A DNA stretch of 64,000 bases, from positions 241,132 to 305,131 of the forward strand of contig JACQJR010000001.1 of NCBI GenBank assembly GCA_016204995.1, written 5' to 3'. This stretch comes from Candidatus Microgenomates bacterium. Lineage in GTDB: Bacteria; Patescibacteriota; Microgenomatia; UBA8517; JACQJR01. The position numbers and the translations under genes are program-made. The notes beneath the pieces were generated by a model that was given only the letters and a program-made list of their open reading frames with translations, was not told the origin of the DNA and did no database searches. Positions 29,318 through 37,482 of this stretch are shown here, one piece after another. Numbering within the stretch: the stretch's first letter is position 1; every line of letters begins with the position of its first letter.

Positions 29318-31058
29318 GAGAAAGTTTAAAACTGTGTTTTCTTTTCCACAAGATACGAAGCAAGATAAACCAAGAAATTAAGGAAATCATATTACCCACA
29401 GTGCGAATAGGAGTATTAGTCAGTCTCACTTCCAGTTTATGATCTCCCTGGGGAACCAATAAACTAATTCTAGCTAAATCATCCTTAGGCAGAACTTTAA
29501 TTTCTGTCTTTTTGCCATCTATCCAGGCTTTCCAATTAGGAAAGTTGAAAATATTAACAACCACTGTCGCATTATCAGAATTAACCTTTATGTTAGTTTT
29601 TAACCAGTTCGTACCTTCTTTTGTTTGACTAAATTCAGCCTTACCACTGTCTATCTCCAATGGTTCTTTACGAGCTGACTGTGGGGCAATTCTAGCACCC
29701 TTTGGCAAGTAATCATAAATACCGGCTGTTTGCTGCAGTCTCCAAGCCTCTCCGGAAAATTTTTCCTGATCTGTGACCGGCCCGGTTCTTTCTACTCTAA
29801 AAAAGTTGAAATTAAAAATAATTAAAAATATTAGTAACGCAGAAATAATTGCTTTGCCTATCACACGTAAAGGAGCTAGTAATACGACAAGGGCTCCGGC
29901 TAAAAAGCTTAAGGAAAAAATAGTCAAAGTTAAAAAGCGCCAGGGGAATTGGACTATAGACAAAAATGGAAAGGTTAACCAAATCGGCGTAGATCGACTA
30001 TGAGCCATAAAGGCTGCTCCAATACCCACCACCAGCAGAAAACCAACCAAAGCTACCAAATTAAGGTTAAATTTCTTTTTCTTTTTAAAAATGATGCTCG
30101 CTATAGTGAGCACTACAATTACCAAAGCCAGTATCCAATGAACATGGCCGACGGGAAAAGCCATTCCGTCTCCATCCATCCAGACCGAAGCCCCATAGCC
30201 CCAAAAACGAGAGAAGAATAATTGCTTAAAAGTGGCAAAATGGGCAATATACTCATAATATCCTTGAGTCAAAGTCTCCACATGTACTAAATTTTTCTCA
30301 AAAAAGACCGGCAAGGTAAAAAAGGCTGCCAGTCCTATTCCCCAAATTCCCCCTATAGCCAGCATGGGTACTTTATTAAATTTACCTGTGCGCCATAACC
30401 ACCATAGAGACCAGACCGCCAGGACCGGCGTAAATATCAGAACCATGATGTTATGTGACAACAATAATGCTGCCCAAGCAAGAGCTAAAATCATCACCCA
30501 TTTCAAAATTGAAGACGGGTGATCCCGCTTAGCGGGAGCAGGACTCGTCGAAACAATTAATTTATAAGTGCTCCATAAAAGTAAAGGAAACCAAACTAAA
30601 GCCCAACTCTCATTCATAGCTCCCCTAACAAAAACATCTAGGGCATGATATGGCGCCCAAATATAAAAAGTCGCCGAGACTACCCCACCAAAACGTCCCC
30701 AAAATTCTTTGGCCAGTAAATACATCGTAAAACCAGAAAGCATTATGCTTAGTAAAAAGATAATTTTGGCAACCTCGGTAAAATGAAAACCGACTAGTCT
30801 AAATACTTGTCCAACAAGATATGGCAATGGAGGATAATAGTTAAATAGGGGGAAACCGTAGCCATATCCCATATCCGGCACCCAACGGCAAGGGATTTGT
30901 AAGTCTTTAAAACATTTCTCAAGTTGTAGTTGTCTCATCATCTGCAAATCATCATGCATGGGAAAATATCCCGGCAATAATAAATCGCGTGAGGCCAAAA
31001 GACTAATAAAAATTAGCAGTATAGGTACCCAAAATTTCGTCAACCACTTAACTATCAT
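29307..31058 (-). CDS. PTPS-related/YfhO-like membrane GT-C carrying an in-frame hairpin element
   Basis: HD..RWVPDMGYGYGFPLFNYYPPL, QFPWRF; 12 extra aa compared with paralog 60472..62103. Confidence 0.8.
   Translation of the reverse strand: MIVKWLTKFWVPILLIFISLLASRDLLLPGYFPMHDDLQMMRQLQLEKCFKDLQIPCRWVPDMGYGYGFPLFNYYPPLPYLVGQVFRLVGFHFTEVAKIIFLLSIMLSGFTMYLLAKEFWGRFGGVVSATFYIWAPYHALDVFVRGAMNESWALVWFPLLLWSTYKLIVSTSPAPAKRDHPSSILKWVMILALAWAALLLSHNIMVLIFTPVLAVWSLWWLWRTGKFNKVPMLAIGGIWGIGLAAFFTLPVFFEKNLVHVETLTQGYYEYIAHFATFKQLFFSRFWGYGASVWMDGDGMAFPVGHVHWILALVIVVLTIASIIFKKKKKFNLNLVALVGFLLVVGIGAAFMAHSRSTPIWLTFPFLSIVQFPWRFLTLTIFSLSFLAGALVVLLAPLRVIGKAIISALLIFLIIFNFNFFRVERTGPVTDQEKFSGEAWRLQQTAGIYDYLPKGARIAPQSARKEPLEIDSGKAEFSQTKEGTNWLKTNIKVNSDNATVVVNIFNFPNWKAWIDGKKTEIKVLPKDDLARISLLVPQGDHKLEVRLTNTPIRTVGNMISLISWFILLRILWKRKHSFKLSHVK
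30514..30549. repeat. GC-rich hairpin element, copy 3 (36 bp, minimal)
   Basis: GACGGGT-GA-TCCCGC-TTA-GCGGGA-GCAGG-ACTCGTC. Confidence 0.85.
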
Positions 31059-32298
31059 ATGAATTCTTTCTTAAAAGTTTGATAACTAAATATAAAGAGG
31101 CAGCGGCAAATATACTTCTGGCTATACTTTTAAGCAGGAAAATATCTGTATACTTACCCAGAAATTCCGACAGAGATGGCGCTTTGGCTAGATCAGGCCA
31201 AACAGGAGAAAAAAGACCATAAGATAGAGATGATTCAAACATTAAGGTAATAAAAAGCCAGCATAACGATAGTACTACAACCAATTCTATAACTTTGAAT
31301 TTACTTTTTACCATTATGTAAATGAGCAAAGGTGTCACCCAGATAAACCATTGTGGATGATAATGAGTCACAGAAAATATTAAAAGCAGTATGGCTAAAA
31401 AATAGGCAGGAATCAACTCCTTGTTTTGTTGGTAATAGGAGTAGAAGTAGATAACAAAAAGGATCAATATAAAAGGCAGTATTCCCTCTGCGCCGGAGAC
31501 AGGCCAATTCATAAATAGCATTTTTTGACTCTTAGGCGCAAAAAGAACCATCTCTCTGAAAGCAGGAGAACCTATAAAGGGCAAGGCAAATAGCACAAAG
31601 GGCAAAACCCCAATGGCTATTTTTTTTAATTTATCTGCTAGAGTTGTTCCTAGAGAAAAAGCTACTGGTAGAACCAATAGTAGAGGAAAAGTTTTATAAG
31701 CCGCTCCTATGCCCAATGCCAAAAGACTTAGGTTTCCCTTCCCTTTCTTGATCAAATATAAAGCTAAAACCACAAAAAAAGTTGGTAAAATATCCAATTG
31801 ACCAATCATAAAGCTAGTATAAAGCGTAATAGGGTTAAACATCCATAAAGTAAAAGCGATTTTTTTATTTCTCTCTTGGGTAAATAATCCTGCCAGTAAA
31901 AATGCTAAAGCTATGTCAAAAAAGAGGTAAGGAAATTTAAAAATAAAAAGATGCCAGTAAAGACCATTAAAATCATACATTTTGTCCACCCCTTGCCAGA
32001 GCATGGGAATAAAGTTAGAGTCAGTAATTGGGACCACCAGCCATCTAAAAATCCCTAGGGTAAAGTAGGTTAATGGGGGATAAATAAAAATGTCACCAAT
32101 GCCAAAATTTTTTACTAAGGGATGATCCGAAGGTAAATTAGCAAGATGTTCATAAATATTTGACCTGCCCTCATAGGCAAAAAAATAAGCTGTGAAAGAA
32201 TGTCCCAGTAAATCGGGATGGAAAGTAATCGGCATTAAAACTAAACGCAGTACTACGCCAATTACTAGAATGGTTTTTGTAAAACTATTAATCTTCAT
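31048..32298 (-). CDS. GT-C glycosyltransferase (GT87-like)
   Basis: HPD, YPPL, KFPY..FD, FNP, GQLD, HPQW. Confidence 0.75.
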   Translation of the reverse strand: MKINSFTKTILVIGVVLRLVLMPITFHPDLLGHSFTAYFFAYEGRSNIYEHLANLPSDHPLVKNFGIGDIFIYPPLTYFTLGIFRWLVVPITDSNFIPMLWQGVDKMYDFNGLYWHLFIFKFPYLFFDIALAFLLAGLFTQERNKKIAFTLWMFNPITLYTSFMIGQLDILPTFFVVLALYLIKKGKGNLSLLALGIGAAYKTFPLLLVLPVAFSLGTTLADKLKKIAIGVLPFVLFALPFIGSPAFREMVLFAPKSQKMLFMNWPVSGAEGILPFILILFVIYFYSYYQQNKELIPAYFLAILLLIFSVTHYHPQWFIWVTPLLIYIMVKSKFKVIELVVVLSLCWLFITLMFESSLSYGLFSPVWPDLAKAPSLSEFLGKYTDIFLLKSIARSIFAAASLYLVIKLLRKNSYDS

Positions 32299-33898
32299 TT
32301 TGGGAATTTAATGCTCTTTCAGTCACTTCAAAAAGATATAAATAATCTCTTTCCCCATAAAATAAGTACTGATGTGTATCTGTTCTGGCCCGTTTAGCCT
32401 TAGGATAAGATGATACAACCGCAAGACCTAGTTTCTCTGCTTTTTTGGCAGCTTGAGTCGCGTCTATTTCAAATTTCTCTAACATCCTTGAGCTATTTGC
32501 TACTAAATAAACCTTATCCCCTGCTTTTTTGGCATTTTTTAGCTGTTCCGGTACTTCGGTAATACTTATTCCCACTCCGATAACGACAATCTGGGGAAAT
32601 TTTTCCAGGTAAATCTGCAAACCATCCGGCAAAGTACCGAAGTAACCCTCTGTGCCAATAATTATTTTTTTACCTGGTTCAATCGGCTTACTTTTAATGA
32701 AATCGGCAATTTCGCGAATTCCTGTCCCCGCCGTCCATTCCTCTAAATATCCAGATCTTTCGCTTTGAGGCAGGGGAGCTGTTTCTGGATTCGTTACCAG
32801 CCTATAATTAATCCACAAAGCTTGACCTATAAATATCAACAGGGCAGCCAGCGATAAAAACTTAGCTATTTTATTTTTAACTAAAAATGGGATTGCGGTC
32901 AAGATAGCCAGAAACGGTAAAGAAAAAAACATATAGCGAGCGGTAAATACCTTGGCAAATTCTGCTTGAACTACAATTGGCACAGCCGCCCATAAAACCA
33001 CCAAGAGAGTTTTCCTTAAATTGTTTTTTAAACCAATCAGAATGCCAAACAAAACCCCGATTAAGAAAATGTTAGGACCTAGTATCCATAACCACTCTTT
33101 AGCTCGATCAATATGGGGCATAAACGGATCAAGGGAATTAGTCCATAAATGGCTTAATGGTAAAACATAATCCTGATTACGAGTCGCTATCAAATTAAAA
33201 TTAGGCCCGAGTCTCAAGATGTTGTAAATACCATAGGCTAGTCCATAAATAACTATAAATAGCAATATTATTTTAATTAATTGATATAATCTTTGGCTAT
33301 TTTTTTTAGGCCACTTGGCTAAAAGTAAACTAACAGGAAGTAATAAACTAAAAAATAAAGCCGGTGATTTGGTAATTAAAGCTCCACCAAGAGCAAAACC
33401 AGCAAGCATTGCAAAATCTAGCCTTAAAGTCCTAACCGTTAAAATACCGAAAAACAGCGTCCAAACACCAAACATAGCCAGCATGGAGTCAACGAGCGCC
33501 ATTCGATCAAAAAGTACCGTAAAGGGGGAAATAGCATAAATTAAAGAGGCAACTAACGCAGTTTTGCGTGAACGGAAAAGATACAAAGTTAGAGCAAAAA
33601 TTCCTATTAAAGTAGCAAATCCTGCGGCGACTGAAACCATTCTTCCTGCTACTAAAGGATCTGAAAACAACTTAAAAAGGGGAATAATTGACCACATAAA
33701 AAGCGGTTGTTTTCCATCCGAGAGTGGCAGGAAACGCAAAGTCGGCTCGTTCCTCATCACTTGCGCCCATCTGATATAAATTGCCTCATCAACAAAAACC
33801 GGTAAAATTGTTAGATTAACAATGCGCAGGAAAAAATAAAGAAGGATGATAGCGCTCCCGGCTAAAATTACAAATTTGTATTTGAAAAATATACTCAC
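32288..33898 (-). CDS. GT-C glycosyltransferase (ArnT/PMT-like)
   Basis: FVDEAIY.RWAQ..DGKQPL, DRMALVDS. Confidence 0.85.
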   Translation of the reverse strand: MSIFFKYKFVILAGSAIILLYFFLRIVNLTILPVFVDEAIYIRWAQVMRNEPTLRFLPLSDGKQPLFMWSIIPLFKLFSDPLVAGRMVSVAAGFATLIGIFALTLYLFRSRKTALVASLIYAISPFTVLFDRMALVDSMLAMFGVWTLFFGILTVRTLRLDFAMLAGFALGGALITKSPALFFSLLLPVSLLLAKWPKKNSQRLYQLIKIILLFIVIYGLAYGIYNILRLGPNFNLIATRNQDYVLPLSHLWTNSLDPFMPHIDRAKEWLWILGPNIFLIGVLFGILIGLKNNLRKTLLVVLWAAVPIVVQAEFAKVFTARYMFFSLPFLAILTAIPFLVKNKIAKFLSLAALLIFIGQALWINYRLVTNPETAPLPQSERSGYLEEWTAGTGIREIADFIKSKPIEPGKKIIIGTEGYFGTLPDGLQIYLEKFPQIVVIGVGISITEVPEQLKNAKKAGDKVYLVANSSRMLEKFEIDATQAAKKAEKLGLAVVSSYPKAKRARTDTHQYLFYGERDYLYLFEVTERALNSQNED

Positions 33899-35238
33899 TC
33901 TTTTAATATTAATATTTTGTCACGGTCTGCTGCAAGAACCTGATATCTATTTTTGGCGATTTTAGCTCCATCTAACCTTTCCTGTTTAGTAATTAATAAA
34001 GATTGCTCCTTCTGGTTAAAAATTTCTGGTATGGCTGTGCTCCAAATCTGCTGCACATTTTTCTGACTGTAGAAAACCGCCACTGGATAAAAATCTCCAT
34101 CAATATAAAACCTGTATGGATAATTATGCGCCTTACTAGAAAGAATTGCTTCATCGGAAACAAAAGCCGGTATATCTACAAATTGATACCAGGCTTGTCT
34201 AATTTGCATAAAGGAAAAATAAATTCCCACCGATAAAACCATGAGTGACACCAGCCATTTATTTTTAATCACCTTTTCTATTAAAACATAAGCAAGACCG
34301 AAAAATACCAAAGTTAAAATTGGATAAAGGGGTATTAAGTGCCAAATCTGGCCTCTCTCTGAAAAAAGAAAAGGCATAAAAAATATCATGGCAAAAACCG
34401 TTAAGATTAAAAATCTTTTTTGTAAAGTCAGAATTCCTAAAATTAATCCTAAAATTCCCGGCCAGAACCATTTCCCGACCCCGCTATGCAGATATTCCTT
34501 AATTAGCAAAAAATTCTGTAGGATCGGCTCCCCTACTTTCACTCCCGGCAAACCGATTTTAAAGTAGTAATTTAACATATCAGGACTTGCTCCCAGCTGT
34601 AAGACAAACCACAGAATAAACAATGATAAAGGAAGAATAAAAGGCCAAATAAAATCCCATATTTTAAATCTTTTAGCTCGCCAAAAAATAATTAATAAAA
34701 TTGGTGGGATGGTAAATGGCACGACTGTTTTAGTCAGTAATAACAAGGCCAAACTGATAGAAAATGGCCATAGGTATAATTTTTGCTTGGCGGCTTTAAT
34801 GGCTAATAATATGGTTAATAAAAAGAAAAAGGTTAAGAGAATATCTAGATTACCCGATCGGGCCCGATATAAAAACCAAAAGGTTGAGGGTAAAGCTAAG
34901 GCCGAGGCAAAACCTACTGTCCGGTTAAAAAGCTCCTTACTAAGAAAATATAAAACATAAACGCTGGCCAAGCCTAATAAAGCAGAAGGAAACCTAGCCC
35001 AAAACTCGCTAACTCCAAAAATCTTAAAAATAATGGCCATTAGCCAAAAACCAGCCGGTGGATGATCTACGTAAGAGCCACCGTTCCAGGTTAAATGAAA
35101 AATATCACCACTATTTAAAATATTTCGGGCAATATCCGCATACCAAGCCTCGTCCCAACTAACCAAAGAAGACTCTCCTAATTTATAGAAAAAAAGCGGA
35201 GCCAGAAATGTAAGTAAAATTAGGGGAATAAATTTCAC
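33895..35238 (-). CDS. ArnT-like GT-C glycosyltransferase
   Basis: WDEAWYA..ARN, DHPP, ARFPSA. Confidence 0.85.
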   Translation of the reverse strand: MKFIPLILLTFLAPLFFYKLGESSLVSWDEAWYADIARNILNSGDIFHLTWNGGSYVDHPPAGFWLMAIIFKIFGVSEFWARFPSALLGLASVYVLYFLSKELFNRTVGFASALALPSTFWFLYRARSGNLDILLTFFFLLTILLAIKAAKQKLYLWPFSISLALLLLTKTVVPFTIPPILLIIFWRAKRFKIWDFIWPFILPLSLFILWFVLQLGASPDMLNYYFKIGLPGVKVGEPILQNFLLIKEYLHSGVGKWFWPGILGLILGILTLQKRFLILTVFAMIFFMPFLFSERGQIWHLIPLYPILTLVFFGLAYVLIEKVIKNKWLVSLMVLSVGIYFSFMQIRQAWYQFVDIPAFVSDEAILSSKAHNYPYRFYIDGDFYPVAVFYSQKNVQQIWSTAIPEIFNQKEQSLLITKQERLDGAKIAKNRYQVLAADRDKILILKE

Positions 35239-35250
35239 TTTCTAATTGTA

Positions 35251-35994
35251 TCAATATTTGCCCGTTAAATCATTCCATCTAATTCTTACCATATCACGGA
35301 TGGCATCAAGCGAATCTTTGATTAACTGCACCCGCTCTGTTCCCACATAATGCCATATAACCTGCACTTCGGCAATTTTAAAACCCGCCTTTTTGGCCAA
35401 AAAAAGTGTTTCTATGTCAAAACCGGCATGAACCGCCGCTCCTGTTGCTCGCATCTTCTGCCATGACTGCTGCAGTTTAGGAAAAATTGCCTGGCGCGAT
35501 TTAATATTAAAAGCCTTAAAGCCACATTGTGTATCTAAAAATGGTAAGCCTAAAATAATGTTACGAAGTTGGGCAAAACCCCAGGCAGCCAGTCTTCGCA
35601 AGATGGGAGCACCCTGTCGGCCATGCCTTGAACCGATTACAATATCATAACCTTCCTGAAATTTAGCTAACAATTTTTCCAGTTGATGCAAAGGGGTAGC
35701 CTGATCCATATCAGTGAACAATGCTATTTCCCCTTTGGCAGCCAATAATCCAGATATCACTGTAAGAGCTTTACCGCCGTGAGGGTTTTCAATTAATTGA
35801 TAACCCCTTTTCCCGCGCATCCAACCTTTGATTAACTCTTTAGTTTTATCCGTTGAGCCATCATCAACTATTAACACTTCAAATAGGTAATTTACTCCTT
35901 TCAAATAATCATTCACTTCATCTAATACTCCCTTTTTGAGATTTTTTTCTTCGTTGTAAGCGGGAATAATAATAGATAGGTATAAATTTTTCAT
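35251..35994 (-). CDS. GT2, polyprenol-phosphate sugar synthase-like (Alg5/DPM1)
   Basis: IIPAYNEE, DDGSTD, FTDMD, GSR, DTQCGFK, FDIE. Confidence 0.85.
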   Translation of the reverse strand: MKNLYLSIIIPAYNEEKNLKKGVLDEVNDYLKGVNYLFEVLIVDDGSTDKTKELIKGWMRGKRGYQLIENPHGGKALTVISGLLAAKGEIALFTDMDQATPLHQLEKLLAKFQEGYDIVIGSRHGRQGAPILRRLAAWGFAQLRNIILGLPFLDTQCGFKAFNIKSRQAIFPKLQQSWQKMRATGAAVHAGFDIETLFLAKKAGFKIAEVQVIWHYVGTERVQLIKDSLDAIRDMVRIRWNDLTGKY

Positions 35995-37481
35995 TTTATT
36001 CTTTCTCTTCTCTGAATAGTAATACCACCGAATTTAACTTCGGTGAGCACTTTACCTATCCCTTTTTGTCGAAAGAGCCATGCCGCGAGCCTCTCCGGAT
36101 GCGGCGGATCTTCTTCATATAAAGTATAAAGTAGAGGTATCTTTTCTGCTACTGGAGTTTGGTGATATCTGGTAGTTCCCCGCCATAAAAATAAATAATC
36201 ATAGGCGTGGGGTATAACTGGAGGTACATAAACATCCAGACCAAAATTACGACCGGCGGTATCTTGATAAACCCAATCCACAGCTAATTTTTGATTCCCC
36301 AAAACTATACTGTCTGGATTGTTAATGTTGCTATTTAAGTGTCTCCCTAAAATAGAACCATTATCTTGTAAAAATAGCCATAGAAATAACCCTAAAATTA
36401 GTTTACCGATCTGCGTAGAATTAATTGAAGTAATAATCACCGAAAAAATCAAAACAAATATTAAATAGTAACCTGTAAAATAATAACTGTATATAATACC
36501 ATTATTTCCCCGGAAGAAAAGCAAACCAATAAGAGGCAAAATTAAAAGTGTTAAAAGAAGAACAAATTTATCATTACTTAAAAAACGCTTAATATTGGCA
36601 AGCAAAATTACCAATATTAAAAAACTGAAAATCTGAATTAATTTGGAATTGGTGGGAAAAATAAGTGGACCAAAAGTATCAAAGTAAAGAGGGAAACGTC
36701 TTTCTAGTAACCAAGCGGTCGTTTGATTAAAACTTTTTTGCTCAAATAAAAACTGACTAATATTATGATAAAGTAATCCTCCATGACGGAAATCAAAAAC
36801 AATCTGAGGTAAGAGAGTTATTAAAAAAAGTGAAACTGAAATTAAAAGTATTTTTTTATTGGGTAACTTTCGCCGTTGTCTGCTTCGCAAGGCGAGCCAG
36901 AGGGAAAAAATTAACACTGCCGGCAGGTAAAAGACTTCGGCAGCGCTGCCAAATTGCAAAGCCAAACCCAACATTAAGGCAATCAAAATCCAAACTACCG
37001 TTTGGCCCTTTAATACCAAAAACATTCCTAAAACCAAAAGCATGCTGATTAAAAGCATCGGAGTGGGATTTGACAGCCAACGCGAAGCATATACTAATTG
37101 AAAAGAAAAAGCAGAAATCACCGCCGCTACTATTCCTGTCACGCGGCCCCCCACCATTACTCCTATTACATAAATCAGTAGGGTAGCAGCAACTGTAGTC
37201 AAAGACAAAAATACTGATGGCCAAACCGGATTGCCGTTACCCAAGAGATAAAACGGGGCAATTAACCAGTAATACCAGGGTCCGCGAAAAATACCCTCTA
37301 TTCCAGTAGTTGGACCAATCAAAGAAATTTTACCTTGATGCCAAAGCTCCCAAATAATCTTAGCATCCCTTCCTTGATCATAGTAAAAACCAAGTAATTC
37401 ATCAATTCTCCATACTCTCAGTAAAAAAGCTGCGATTAAAATCACGACCAAAAACAAACTAATTATCTTTTTATTAAACAT
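35991..37481 (-). CDS. GT-C glycosyltransferase
   Basis: YYDQGRDA..LIGPTTG..GPWYY, SRWLSNP; start ATG 37481. Confidence 0.85.
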   Translation of the reverse strand: MFNKKIISLFLVVILIAAFLLRVWRIDELLGFYYDQGRDAKIIWELWHQGKISLIGPTTGIEGIFRGPWYYWLIAPFYLLGNGNPVWPSVFLSLTTVAATLLIYVIGVMVGGRVTGIVAAVISAFSFQLVYASRWLSNPTPMLLISMLLVLGMFLVLKGQTVVWILIALMLGLALQFGSAAEVFYLPAVLIFSLWLALRSRQRRKLPNKKILLISVSLFLITLLPQIVFDFRHGGLLYHNISQFLFEQKSFNQTTAWLLERRFPLYFDTFGPLIFPTNSKLIQIFSFLILVILLANIKRFLSNDKFVLLLTLLILPLIGLLFFRGNNGIIYSYYFTGYYLIFVLIFSVIITSINSTQIGKLILGLFLWLFLQDNGSILGRHLNSNINNPDSIVLGNQKLAVDWVYQDTAGRNFGLDVYVPPVIPHAYDYLFLWRGTTRYHQTPVAEKIPLLYTLYEEDPPHPERLAAWLFRQKGIGKVLTEVKFGGITIQRRERIK

Positions 37482-37482
37482 C

